DNA of 64,000 bases from Candidatus Moanibacter sp. (lineage in GTDB: Bacteria; Verrucomicrobiota; Verrucomicrobiia; Opitutales; UBA2987): the NCBI GenBank assembly GCA_965215885.1, contig CBDCEW010000082.1, forward strand, positions 1 through 64,000, read 5' to 3'. Below, in pieces: positions 31,344-41,628 of this stretch. Numbering within the stretch: the stretch's first letter is position 1; every line of letters begins with the position of its first letter. The notes under the pieces are model-generated. The model was not told where the DNA came from and ran no database searches. It saw only the letters and a list, made by a program, of their open reading frames with translations. A program made the position numbers and the translations under genes.

Positions 31344-32768
31344 TCAATGGAAGTCAAGTCTTCTCTGCAAATCGAAGCCGTCTTTTCGGTCGAGCACCTT
31401 CCACCCCTTTTTCCCGATCTCGTCCCGAAGGGCGTCGGCGGAAGGATAGTCCCTTAGCTCCTTAGCCCTCCAACGCTGTTCCGCGAGTTCGCGAATCTCG
31501 ACCGGCGCCTCTGCTTCCTGCGCTTCTGTAAACGGTTTCAGCCCTAGCGCGAAGAGCAGGCAGCTAAAGGCAGGCAGCGCTGAACCAATGGCGCCACTGT
31601 CGTTCCGATTCAGGATTCTAAAGAGTTCTCCAAGGCATTTCGGAGTATTGAGATCATTGCACAATTCCTCCCACGCCTCTCCGAATAAACCCCAATCGGA
31701 GAATTCTCCGCGGTGAAGGTCACTGAAGTTCTCTTCCGAGATGTCCCTCATTTCGAGTAGTGGTCTCAGCGCCGTATCCAGTTTTTGAAGGGCGCTGGTT
31801 GCAGCATTCAAACTGTTGCGGGTGAAATTCAAGGGTTGTCGATAGTGGCCTGAGAGCAGTGCCAAACGCAACGCCATGGGAGAAAAGCCCATCTCCAGGA
31901 TCTCGTTTACAGTGTGAATATTTCCCAGACTCTTGCTCATCTTTTCACTTTCGACGCGAAGCATGGCGCCATGCATCCAATGTCTGGCGAAGGGCTTGCC
32001 GGTAGCGCCTTCGCTCTGCGCAATTTCGTTATCATGATGAGGAAAACAGAGGTCGCTGCCGCCGCCGTGAAGGTCGAATGTATCGCCAAGGTATTCCATG
32101 CTCATGACGGAACACTCTAAATGCCAACCAGGTCGCCCTTCCCCCCATGGACTTGGCCAGTAGTTTTCGCCATCCTCCGGCTTACGTGCTTTCCAAAGGG
32201 CAAAATCCGCAATCGACTCGCGATCGTAGTGATCGGCCAGGTTTAGAGCGCCCCCACTGGTAGTCTCCTGCGATTGCAATTCTCGTCTCTCCAATCGTGT
32301 CAACCTACCGTAGCGCGGGAAGGAGCTCACTTTAAAGTAAACAGAGCCGTCGGCCGCCCTGTAAGCATAGGCATTTTCGATCAGCTTTTCGACTATTGCG
32401 ATCTGCTGGGGAACGTGATCGGAAGCTCTTGGCTCAATGTCGGGGACGAGGAGGTTGAGTTTGGCACAGTCCTCGTGAAAGACCCGGGTCCACTTTTTTG
32501 TAAATGACGATAAAGGCTCCCCCTCTTTTTGACTCCGCTCGATTGTGCGATCGTCCACATCTGTGAGGTTTCGCACGTATAGCGGGTGCATACCGGCCGA
32601 CTGCAGAACACGGTAAAAGACATCGAGGCTTATGAAGGTTCGGAAATTGCCGATGTGTGTGAATCCGTAGACAGTGGGGCCGCAACCATAGAATCGAAAT
32701 CGTTTTCCGTCTTCTGCTCGAAGCGGTCTGACTGTTCGGGTCAAGGTGTCATAGAGTTGCAGTGACAT
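31344..32768 (-). CDS. cysS: Cysteine-tRNA ligase
   Basis: CGPTVY, HIGN, DFALWK, GRPGWHLECS, FPHHDNE, KMSKS motifs. Confidence 0.97.
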   Translation of the reverse strand: MSLQLYDTLTRTVRPLRAEDGKRFRFYGCGPTVYGFTHIGNFRTFISLDVFYRVLQSAGMHPLYVRNLTDVDDRTIERSQKEGEPLSSFTKKWTRVFHEDCAKLNLLVPDIEPRASDHVPQQIAIVEKLIENAYAYRAADGSVYFKVSSFPRYGRLTRLERRELQSQETTSGGALNLADHYDRESIADFALWKARKPEDGENYWPSPWGEGRPGWHLECSVMSMEYLGDTFDLHGGGSDLCFPHHDNEIAQSEGATGKPFARHWMHGAMLRVESEKMSKSLGNIHTVNEILEMGFSPMALRLALLSGHYRQPLNFTRNSLNAATSALQKLDTALRPLLEMRDISEENFSDLHRGEFSDWGLFGEAWEELCNDLNTPKCLGELFRILNRNDSGAIGSALPAFSCLLFALGLKPFTEAQEAEAPVEIRELAEQRWRAKELRDYPSADALRDEIGKKGWKVLDRKDGFDLQRRLDFH

Positions 32769-32823
32769 AAGTAGAAAAACAGGGGAGCTCGTTTATCGTG
32801 AACAACGAGATTGTGTTCGAAGC

Positions 32824-33079
32824 CTAACCCGAAGATTCCACAGATCTTCGGGTTAGACACCAAAACCGCTCCGGAACCATTTGATAGAAAAGGGATCAAA
32901 AGCTCTCAAGTGAACCATTCACTTGGGCAAGCAGAAACACACTGTTGCAGAATCTTGCCGAGCAGGTCCATTTCCTTTTCTTCTGATTTTTTCAACAACA
33001 GCCCCTTCCGGATGCGGTTTTGGGCTAGCCCGGAAATTGCAAGATGTCGCTTCGCTCAGTAGTGAGATTTCCGGGCTAA
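32824..33079. repeat. Chain of three short inverted-repeat elements joined at YTAG/CTAA
   Basis: CTAACCCGAAGAT..ATCTTCGGGTTAG; CCAAAACCGC..CCGGAA...TTCCGGATGCGGTTTTGG; CTAGCCCGGAAAT...ATTTCCGGGCTAA. Confidence 0.7.
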
Positions 33080-33094
33080 CTGGACAACACGCCC

Positions 33095-35614
33095 TTACCC
33101 AAGTCGTGATAGCATTTCCCGTTGCCGCGAGAGCCGGCTTTCCCGCTCGTCGGCGAAGCGCTTGATGCCGTGAAATATTGATTCGGCATCGAGATTTGCC
33201 TCGGCGATGACATCCGCTTCGGTCCCGCCGGTCAACCATTGGTGATCCCAATCCGAAGTCATCGAATATTCGTCGGTGAGGGGCCCAACATCTTGAATCG
33301 GCCACACCCTGCGAGTACCGGAACTCACGATCATGAGATCGTATCTCGCTTCCGTGGGGAGGACGGCATTGCGATATTCTTCCGGTTGGAGGGCAAAGAG
33401 CTCTTCGCTGACCGCGGCAACGATCTTTACATTTACGCCGGCCTCCTCCAGACGCGGCAAGACTCTTATCAGATTTACGGTAGAGTTCGAGCCCTGCACG
33501 ACAATAGTGCCGTGTTTCGGTTTATCGGCATCGAAATCGCGAATGACATAGTGACCTTTGGCTGCGGCTTTCGGGTCCGAATCGGCGAAACCGGAGCGAT
33601 CGGCTACCGGAAAATCGGGTCGCGCCACTTCGATGATGATGACGCCGACCTTTGGATCCCGCGCCGCCACGTCAGCGGCCGCAAAATATCCGGAAGCCAC
33701 ATCATTGTAGTCCCAGAAACTCAAATGGATCGCCTGGCCGCGTGGAAAGAGTTTCCACACTTGAGGAGCAAAGATTCCGAAGTGGGTGCGGGCGTCGGCC
33801 GCTGTTTCAGGTCCGGAGTGTCCAGCTAGGATGTGTAGCACGCCCATACGGAAGCGGCTATCCTGGTTTTGCTGGCTCCAGACTCGCGCCGGGAGATACA
33901 TTAGGGGAGTGAAGGCGCCGTAGGTGCCACTGAGGGCCCAAACGCCGGAAAACTTTCGAGGGTCAAGGGAAGCGCTCTGTCCTACCAGGCCAATGGCCGT
34001 CGAAGCGTTGCCGGCTTCCTCAATAGGCGCTTTGAATCGCGTACCGCACGGATTATTGTCCGGACTGTAGTGTCCCCAGAAAGAGCCTTTCTCCACATTT
34101 ATGGAGTCGGAGAGATCGGCCGCGATAGTGATGAACCGGCTATCCGTAACATAATTCATCCATTTGATAATCTCCGAAATTGCGCGCCGGGTTCCCGCAT
34201 TCTCCCCAGGTTTTTTATAGAGGCTTATCGATATTTCCTTTTCTTCGTCCGAAACCGGGTTTCTTACCCTAACCGTCTGTGGTTCAATCGGTAAACTCTT
34301 CACAGTGAGTCTCTCATCTAGAAAGGGATCCCCCGTGTTAACCAAACGCATCGGGAGATCATCGGGCACGGAATCACCGAGATCGACGAGACGGTCCGCC
34401 AACCAGTCGCCGAGGCTATTCTGCTCCAAAACCGACATGGCTATATCTATGTTAGTCTTGAATTGGATCAGACATTCGCGAGGATCCGCTACGGGCCCGT
34501 TTCGAATTCCTTCAAACTCGACTCCGAATCGCTTCTCGAAAGTTTCGGCGAGCGCGACAAAGTATTCTGAGTTCATCTTGAGGGCGTAGGGGTGGCTCGG
34601 ATAGCTGACCAGCTGATCACCGAATCCATCGATCTTGCCATCCTGGGCGGTGGGCCAGTAGCCCTTCGTGGTTTGACCGATTACGATCATGGGGCGCCGG
34701 TCTTCCGGATCCCAATCTTCCATCGTCTTCAAGGCGGAAAGAATCTGGTCGTAATCGTTTCCGTTATCCAGGGAAAACACGTTCCATCCGTAAGAGGTCC
34801 ACTGGTCAATAAGATCGTAGGCATCGTACTTTTGGTCTATGACGCCGCCTATAAGGCTGTCATCGATGCCGGCATTGTTATAGGAAAGCAGAATACGAAG
34901 TCTCTTCCCCACCTGCTGTGCCAGCGCTTGGGTCTTCAACTCTTGCGCGTGTCCTTCGGTCATGGCAAATTCTCCCTCCAAAGCAAGCACTTTGAGGGAA
35001 GGATCGGCTCCGATGAAATCCCAGAAAGCTGCCTTACCCGCTGCCGTGGCCATACCGATTCCGGAGGGTCCGCCGTTGACATCGTTTGTTAAATCCGTCG
35101 TCTCCGCGTGACCGGCGAGGGAACGGATGCCCCTGATTTTGGCTTGAGCGAAAAGGGAGTGGTCCTCCAAATCGTAGTCGCGGAGGAGCGTTTTCAAGGC
35201 ACCAGCCCCTCGTCGAAATCCCATCGCATCGATCGATAGCATTGCGATCTCGGGCGAGACGTGATAGCGGGAATCGCCGGTTGCGGCGTGTTTCCGAGCC
35301 AAGGCTTCGCCCATAATCATCCAAAGTGCGTAAGCGCTGGGAATATTGTGACCTCCCGCCAGCATGAATTTGTCACAGAAGGGATGTTTTGGTCGACGGT
35401 AGTCATAGCGAAGTCCCCCCAATTTCGGGCCGACAAGGTGCAAAGCCACATTATAGGGAGTGTAGGCGAGAGGACCTCCAAAGTGACCAGTCTGTGAGTA
35501 ATTCCCCAATAGGACGAGTGTCATACAGGTCATAAACCCTATGTCTTCGATCTGTTCCCGATCGTAGGTTTCAGTACAGGGGGCGACAAGTGACAGTTGT
35601 GAATATTGTGTCAT
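33095..35614 (-). CDS. Transketolase-like ThDP enzyme, atypically long (839 aa)
   Basis: TGHFGGPL, DKFMLAGGH, LAGHAE, GPSGIG, AADLSDS, HSGPETAADARTH motifs. Confidence 0.8.
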   Translation of the reverse strand: MTQYSQLSLVAPCTETYDREQIEDIGFMTCMTLVLLGNYSQTGHFGGPLAYTPYNVALHLVGPKLGGLRYDYRRPKHPFCDKFMLAGGHNIPSAYALWMIMGEALARKHAATGDSRYHVSPEIAMLSIDAMGFRRGAGALKTLLRDYDLEDHSLFAQAKIRGIRSLAGHAETTDLTNDVNGGPSGIGMATAAGKAAFWDFIGADPSLKVLALEGEFAMTEGHAQELKTQALAQQVGKRLRILLSYNNAGIDDSLIGGVIDQKYDAYDLIDQWTSYGWNVFSLDNGNDYDQILSALKTMEDWDPEDRRPMIVIGQTTKGYWPTAQDGKIDGFGDQLVSYPSHPYALKMNSEYFVALAETFEKRFGVEFEGIRNGPVADPRECLIQFKTNIDIAMSVLEQNSLGDWLADRLVDLGDSVPDDLPMRLVNTGDPFLDERLTVKSLPIEPQTVRVRNPVSDEEKEISISLYKKPGENAGTRRAISEIIKWMNYVTDSRFITIAADLSDSINVEKGSFWGHYSPDNNPCGTRFKAPIEEAGNASTAIGLVGQSASLDPRKFSGVWALSGTYGAFTPLMYLPARVWSQQNQDSRFRMGVLHILAGHSGPETAADARTHFGIFAPQVWKLFPRGQAIHLSFWDYNDVASGYFAAADVAARDPKVGVIIIEVARPDFPVADRSGFADSDPKAAAKGHYVIRDFDADKPKHGTIVVQGSNSTVNLIRVLPRLEEAGVNVKIVAAVSEELFALQPEEYRNAVLPTEARYDLMIVSSGTRRVWPIQDVGPLTDEYSMTSDWDHQWLTGGTEADVIAEANLDAESIFHGIKRFADERESRLSRQREMLSRLG

Positions 35615-35745
35615 GTTCTCTTGGTTGAGGAATTCGAATTATGAGACTCGACCCGAAGGTGTTATCTCAGGCAATGGATCCTTGGCAGGGTTTGTAAAAA
35701 TGCGAACGGAGGTCTCACCATTCAAGGCTAAAATTGGAGTGGGTC

Positions 35746-35841
35746 AGGAATCTGTCGGATTTAGCATTCCTAAGATCCCCCTGGTAAATATCTCATAGTG
35801 ACGGATCGACATTCCGACCCAGATGAGACCGACAGATTCCT
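35746..35841. repeat. AGGAATCTGTCGG...CCGACAGATTCCT MITE-like element (long copy)
   Basis: 13-bp perfect TIR, same family as 1415-1449; directly after the NCS2 stop codon. Confidence 0.7.
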
Positions 35842-35843
35842 TT

Positions 35844-37181
35844 CTAGCCCCCTTCCTCTCGCGGCAAAATCAGATTCAGTGTCGTGGCAGTGATACCCGC
35901 CACGGCAAGCCCCGACTGGAGCACGATCTTTACTGAACTGAGTATCTGCTTCAGTATGACATATTCTCCTGAGATCCGGTCGATGCCGTCAAATGCCTCC
36001 GGTACGAGAGTCACTCCGAGCCCCAGTGCCAGTGTTATAGCGAGGATAAACTCATTTCTCGGGTTGAGACCATCGGAAGCGACGAGTTTAAAGCCGGCTA
36101 CCGCCACAATAGCGAACATGACGATGGTGGCGCCGCCCAGGACGGGCTTCGGCATCACGCTGATGAGCGCGGCAAGTTTTGGAAACAGGCCAAGGAGAGC
36201 GAGCACCAAGGCGACAACAATTCCGGCGCGTCGGGATGCAACCCCCGTGAGACCGATCACACCATTGTTTTGAGAGAAGGTAGTGGTGGGCATGGCGTTA
36301 AAAAACCCTGACAAAACACTACCCATTCCATCTGCCAGTATTCCGCCCTGAAGCCTGCGAATGTAGACAGGACCCTTAACGGGCTCTTCCGAAACCGCCG
36401 AAGTTGCAGTCAGGTCGCCTATCGATTCGATTGTAGTTATGAAATAGCCCACCATCCAGGGAATCACATAGGCGAAGTTAAATTCGAGGCCATACTTGAG
36501 TGGGTGCGGGAGCGTTAGAAAACTCGCTTCCGTTACTGTCGAAAAATCGATGCGCCCGAACGCGGCAGCCAAGACGTAACCGACCACCAATCCAAATGCA
36601 ATGGATACAGTTCTCAGGAAGCCCGGGCCAAATCTGTTTAGCGCAATGATTGTCGCCATTACTAAGAAGCCGAGGCCGACGTTTTCGAGACTTCCGAAGT
36701 CGTCAGCCCCAAATCCTCCGGCCATATCAGTCATTCCCACTCGAATTAGACTGATGCCGATCAAGAGCACGACGGAACCGGTAACAACCGGTGGAAATAA
36801 TCTCCGCACAATCCCGATGAATCGACTGAGTACCATCTCCACCGGAGAGCAGGCCATGGCCATTCCGAGTATCAGGGGAAAACCACCTGCCCTACCCGTC
36901 TCCATAGCCAAGGTCACAAAGGTAAAGCTTGTGCCCTGGACACTGAGCATACCCGACCCTATGGGTCCAAATCGGTTCACCTGCATGAAGGTCGTTACTC
37001 CCGAGGTGAAGAGCGCCATGCTCACGAAAAATGCCGTTTCCGCGTGATCGAGCCCCAGGACTCCACAAATGATAAGGGGCGGGGTAATGATGCCAACAAA
37101 CATTGCCAGCACATGCTGCAAGCCGCAGATTATCGCTGTAAAAGGACCAATCTTCTCATCCAGGCGGTATAATCGAGACAT
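35844..37181 (-). CDS. NCS2/NAT nucleobase:cation symporter (xanthine/uric acid-like)
   Basis: GLQHVLAMF, FPPVVTG, ESIGD, TFSQNNGVIGLTGVASR NAT signature. Confidence 0.93.
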   Translation of the reverse strand: MSRLYRLDEKIGPFTAIICGLQHVLAMFVGIITPPLIICGVLGLDHAETAFFVSMALFTSGVTTFMQVNRFGPIGSGMLSVQGTSFTFVTLAMETGRAGGFPLILGMAMACSPVEMVLSRFIGIVRRLFPPVVTGSVVLLIGISLIRVGMTDMAGGFGADDFGSLENVGLGFLVMATIIALNRFGPGFLRTVSIAFGLVVGYVLAAAFGRIDFSTVTEASFLTLPHPLKYGLEFNFAYVIPWMVGYFITTIESIGDLTATSAVSEEPVKGPVYIRRLQGGILADGMGSVLSGFFNAMPTTTFSQNNGVIGLTGVASRRAGIVVALVLALLGLFPKLAALISVMPKPVLGGATIVMFAIVAVAGFKLVASDGLNPRNEFILAITLALGLGVTLVPEAFDGIDRISGEYVILKQILSSVKIVLQSGLAVAGITATTLNLILPREEGG

Positions 37182-37460
37182 GATTTTCTTAGTCTTCTAC
37201 GCCCTTTTCCAAGTGTCGCGCGACAGTTAGTTACAATCCCACAGTATTTCCGGGTCAAGCCCGAAAGGTGCTAAGATGGCGGGTCTTTCGTTCGCTCCGC
37301 TCTACATCAGAGTCTGCGACAAGCGCGCTTCCCATCCCGGCAAGCCGGGAAGTAAATATCTGTAGGAAGGCCAATTGTCAAAGACCCTGAGTCCCGGCCT
37401 GCAGGGATCGAAGGGCGGCCGAAATCAACGGCGTCCAGTTTCGCCTTCACAGCAATAAAA

Positions 37461-37643
37461 CAGGGTCTGCCGCCTGGATTTCACGATGCCTAATGGGGAT
37501 AACTTCCTGACCATACTTTGGCACGGCAATTTTACCCGCTCAGATGCGAGCAATTCTCCGCGCTCCAGATGGCGCCCTCAAGCCGAAAGACAGTTCTTGG
37601 TGAAGAGGGCAGTCGGTGAAGCGTGAACAGGCAGCAGACCCTG
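37461..37643 (-). ncRNA. Candidate 183-nt rod-like structured RNA (or MITE)
   Basis: 16-bp terminal stem (G-U pair only on the minus strand), further inner pairing, two apical hairpins sharing CAUCUG, U-tract after the 3' end; flanked by ATAAAA direct repeat. Confidence 0.45.
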
Positions 37644-37672
37644 ATAAAAAAGTATCCGCCTTCGAAAACGGA

Positions 37673-38020
37673 TTACGCCTCTACCATAACCTTGCGATTG
37701 GTGTTGGGAGCGGATCCATATTCATCGGATTTGGGTTTGGGGCCCAGGAACTCCACGGATTGCCCTACCAGAACCAGGCGACTACGTCGCTCTCCCTCTT
37801 TATTCAACCAGGTATTCTGTTTCAGAAAACCACTTACAAGGACCTTCGAACCTTTTTGGAGGTAGTTCTGCAGATGATCCTGATTCCAGACTTCGACAGG
37901 AAGAAAAACGGTTCGATCTCCCTGACTGCTCGCCACAGTGAATTTACTCAGCGATTTGTCATTGATCGGCACGTTTTCGATGTCAGCGGTCAGATTTCCT
38001 GTGATGTGTGTGATATTCAT
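37673..38020 (-). CDS. ssb: Short single-stranded DNA-binding protein paralogue
   Basis: ITGNLTAD, FTVA, VEVW, LQKGSKVLVSGFLKQNTW..EGERRSR OB-fold; no acidic ...DIPF tail. Confidence 0.85.
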   Translation of the reverse strand: MNITHITGNLTADIENVPINDKSLSKFTVASSQGDRTVFLPVEVWNQDHLQNYLQKGSKVLVSGFLKQNTWLNKEGERRSRLVLVGQSVEFLGPKPKSDEYGSAPNTNRKVMVEA

Positions 38021-38145
38021 GTTACATACTTTCTTTTACTATTCATACTCTAAGTGTAATTTTGTTTACTAATGGAAAAATGTTCACTATTTTTGGCAAA
38101 TTGCAAGAATAAATTCGGATTTTTTCGGTTTAATGCCCTGGGCCT

Positions 38146-40314
38146 TCAGGAGGGTCTACCAGACTCCGTCTCCTGAAACTCGATAGCTTCGACATCGTTG
38201 TCGATAGAGAGTTCGTCTTCGGAAGAGTCCGAATCGGAATCATCTCTACTACTGTAGTAGTAATAGTTGCTAGTGTAGTAATTATAGTCTTCGTCTCCAG
38301 CTTCCGGCACTTGATTGAGAACCGTACCGAGAATCCTGGCTTCCACATTTTCCAGAATCTGTTTCGCCCTCAGAGTCATACTCTGGGGATTACGGCGGTG
38401 TTGAACGATAAATATCACTCCATCGACCTGACTTGCCAGTACTGAAGAATCGCTGATACCGATCACAGGGGGAGAATCCAGCAGAATTTTGTCGTACTGA
38501 TGCCGTAGCTTTTCCAACAACGTACCCAATTTCCTGCCGTGTAGAATGCTCAGAGAAAAGTGGGAGCCCCCACCGCTTGGAAGCAAATAAAGGTTATCAA
38601 ACCTGGTGGGCACAATATACTCCTCAACCTCGTTCTGCCCAGTTAGAAGATCGATAAGACCTGGCTTACGTGGCTTCTCGAAGAGCTGGTGCTGGGAGGG
38701 ACGCCGCAAGTCAGAATCAATTATGAGCACTTTCTGTCCTCCCAAAGCCATCACCACACCCAGATTATGCAATGTAGTCGATTTCCCTTCGCCGGGGCCC
38801 GCCGACTGTACGGCAAGGACATTTCCCCCTACGTCTTCGCGCGCAAGCTCCAAATTAGTCTGAATGACTCGGAACGGCTCCGTCTCAAAACTCCTGAAAT
38901 TCCCTTCGTCGACGATTACAAGATTCTTCGTACCCACGCCCAAGACCGGCAACTGAAGCTTACGTTCCATATCGTCAACGGAGCGAAAGCTCGTGTCAAA
39001 AAACTCAACCAGAAATGCACAGCCGACACCGAGAACTATGCCCACCACAAATGAGAGTCCAACATTTATGATCCAATTGGGCTTGGCCGCCCTTAGAGGG
39101 GGCACCGCTTCGTTCAATACTTCGATTGTACGCTTGGGCACTTGAAAATCGATCTCCCGCTGACGAAGCGTAAGCCTGAAAGTCTTTAGAAGATTCTCCT
39201 CATCGCGCAATTTCTGCACTGCATCCTGGAACGGACGCATCCTGCTTTGCGCATCGAGGATCTGGTCGGCACGGGCCAGAACGAGTTGCTTCTCCAGTTC
39301 CTCCGTCCTCGCCTTGGCCTCAAGATAGGAGATTTTAAGCGATTCTTCGTAGCCTTCAAGCAGATCGGCAAGTTGCTCGCGAATCTTGTTGAGTGACTCC
39401 GTGGCCCCTATGAAATCGGGATGGGCTTCGCCAAACCTGCCTTTCAAACGTGCATAGTTCTGTTCCGCGACAAGGTAAGCCTGCATGAGATTCTGGATAT
39501 TTGGATCAGGTATCAACTCCGAGTTCACCATTTTGAATCGTTCCTCGGCTGGGATCGATTTGAAAAGTTCCCAACGTGTCTTTCGGGACATCGTATCCAC
39601 CCTCAGAGCGATATGGGTGCGTTCCAACTGCCTTAAATTGTCAATATCCAACTGAGTGGTCTCCGCATTGAGATCGACTCCCGCAATCTTCCACTTTTTG
39701 CGCAGGTTTTCGACCACATCCCTCTGCTGCGAAACAATCGTTTCCTGCAAATGGAGTTCCTCTTTCAAATTCTCGATCCCCTCCGTTTGCCCGGAGGTGG
39801 CAAAGGCGATTCTATCCTCGGCGTAGATGCGCGCGATCTCGTTGGCAATGAGAGCGGCCAGATCGGGGTCCTCCTGAACCAGAACACCAATATCGATAAG
39901 GGAGGTGCCGGGTCTTGATTTCACATCGAGCATTCTCTTCAGCATATAATAATAAGTGTCCTCGAGGGATAAAAAGCCTCCCAGCTTTTCTTGGAGCAGC
40001 TTTTGCAAATCGAGACTCTCAATCACCTTCTTGAGGATCTTCTTACTCTGGATTATCTCGAATTGCTCCTGAATGAAATAGGGATCAAAACTCGCTGAAG
40101 TCTGGTGCTGAAAGACCGAGACTTCGCCTTCCGGCTTCTCTACCCGTATACCGGAAACAGCCATAAACCATTTCGGCATAAAATAGGTTACAGTTGCTGC
40201 TATCAGCACCGAAATTAGAACAAAGACAAAGATAAGCGGCCAACGATTCTTAAGGATCTTAAGAAAATCGGTTAGTGTTACCCCTTCGGGAGATAACTTC
40301 TGGAAAGGTTCCAT
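38146..40314 (-). CDS. Polysaccharide co-polymerase / tyrosine autokinase (Wzc/GumC family)
   Basis: Two TM helices with coiled-coil loop, Walker A GPGEGKST, DSDLRRP, LLDSPP, C-terminal Tyr cluster DYNYYTSNYYYY. Confidence 0.92.
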   Translation of the reverse strand: MEPFQKLSPEGVTLTDFLKILKNRWPLIFVFVLISVLIAATVTYFMPKWFMAVSGIRVEKPEGEVSVFQHQTSASFDPYFIQEQFEIIQSKKILKKVIESLDLQKLLQEKLGGFLSLEDTYYYMLKRMLDVKSRPGTSLIDIGVLVQEDPDLAALIANEIARIYAEDRIAFATSGQTEGIENLKEELHLQETIVSQQRDVVENLRKKWKIAGVDLNAETTQLDIDNLRQLERTHIALRVDTMSRKTRWELFKSIPAEERFKMVNSELIPDPNIQNLMQAYLVAEQNYARLKGRFGEAHPDFIGATESLNKIREQLADLLEGYEESLKISYLEAKARTEELEKQLVLARADQILDAQSRMRPFQDAVQKLRDEENLLKTFRLTLRQREIDFQVPKRTIEVLNEAVPPLRAAKPNWIINVGLSFVVGIVLGVGCAFLVEFFDTSFRSVDDMERKLQLPVLGVGTKNLVIVDEGNFRSFETEPFRVIQTNLELAREDVGGNVLAVQSAGPGEGKSTTLHNLGVVMALGGQKVLIIDSDLRRPSQHQLFEKPRKPGLIDLLTGQNEVEEYIVPTRFDNLYLLPSGGGSHFSLSILHGRKLGTLLEKLRHQYDKILLDSPPVIGISDSSVLASQVDGVIFIVQHRRNPQSMTLRAKQILENVEARILGTVLNQVPEAGDEDYNYYTSNYYYYSSRDDSDSDSSEDELSIDNDVEAIEFQETESGRPS

Positions 40315-40445
40315 GACTGGGTTCCCTAAACGCCTACCCCGCGACTCGCAAAATAAACACGGGTTAATTTCTGAACCGTCCGGCTGGCTGTTACCCGATC
40401 GATATCAGCGGCCTAAGAGCGTGTCGGATGCCGTCCGGCACGCTT

Positions 40446-41628
40446 CTAAAGCCCAAAAGTGTAGCGAACTGTAAATCCGACACGGGAACGATCTTGCTGA
40501 CGAAAGAAATCATCAGAATCGGTTTTATCGTGGTCGAAACTCAAAATAAGTGACAACTGCTGGGTCGGCTGATAAGTCACTCCGATCCCGAGACGTAACG
40601 ATTGGTCGGTGATATTCAAGGGAGCAGTCTGTGCCTGAAGCTCGGCATCATCAAAATAGATTGATCCGGAAATGAAGAGGGACGGTGAGATCGCGTGCTG
40701 CATATTTGCAAAAATCGAAAACGTCTTTTCATCCGTGAAAGTCAACGTGACTGATGTCTCACGGGTGTCATAAATGACTCCGAAAGAGGCAAACGAATCC
40801 GACAGATATTGATACAACACCGTAAATTCGGCATAGAAATTTGTATTGCTGGTACCAATAGAACGATTACGATCCTGCACTCCGAACCGCCCATTGGTAA
40901 GAAATGTAGGACTGGGCTGATAATCCGCGCCGAAAAGGAAAAAACTTGAATCGCTGTCCTTGAGATTACCGTCGGCGTCGTAGCCTATATTCCTCATAAC
41001 GATATTCAACAACCACTGAAGTATCCGGTAGGAGCTTCCAGCCCGCCTCTAAACCAAAAAGGTGGTCATTGCGGTCGAGCGACTCCGCGATACTTGCATC
41101 GTCATAAGAAAAGTTCGTATTGCGGTATTTCGCCGTCAAGCTCAAGGCCTCGGTCACCTCGGCCCGAAAGCGAATATTGAAGATGTTTTGATTGAACGAT
41201 TGGTTCGTTTGCAGCAACCCGTCGAGGAAAGACTCCGGATTGTCGATTATGGAAAAGGAATCGGAAATATCCAGGAAGGTGCTCGGGGAAAAAGTATGGG
41301 ACAGTTTTCCGAGGAGCTCATGGTTGAATAGGGTATCGTCCGACGGACGCTGTTCGTAAAAAAAGCCTCCCAGTTTGTAATGAGCAGTCAGGAAACTCTG
41401 CTCCGCGAGGGAGACATTGTATTTGATCTGAGGTGAAACGGTAAACACCATGCTATCAATTTCATTATCCGGGGTACCCAGGATATTGGAATCGAAGTGC
41501 ACTCCCCCTTCCACACTGACAGTCAAGGCACTTCCTGTTTCCTGGGAGGGAATCGGTGCATAGACTCCCCACGACGGCATTGGTAGAATGAGGAGAACCA
41601 GAGGTAGTAAGATAGACTTTCTATTCAT
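40446..41628 (-). pseudogene. Outer-membrane beta-barrel protein (EPS-associated), frameshifted near 40995
   Basis: Signal peptide and amphipathic strands; ...VVEYRY continues as RNIGYDADG in the adjacent frame; ends VRYTFGL. Confidence 0.75.

Noticed and set aside
37182..37460. Purine riboswitch upstream of the NCS2 permease
   Set aside because: No recognisable purine-aptamer core motifs.
37520..37536. sigma54 promoter TGGCACG
   Set aside because: The -12 element lacks the conserved GC.
37461..37643. Retron msr/msd
   Set aside because: A terminal inverted repeat is present but there is no reverse transcriptase nearby.
38060..38095. LexA box upstream of ssb
   Set aside because: Only half-sites in direct orientation; no complete palindrome.
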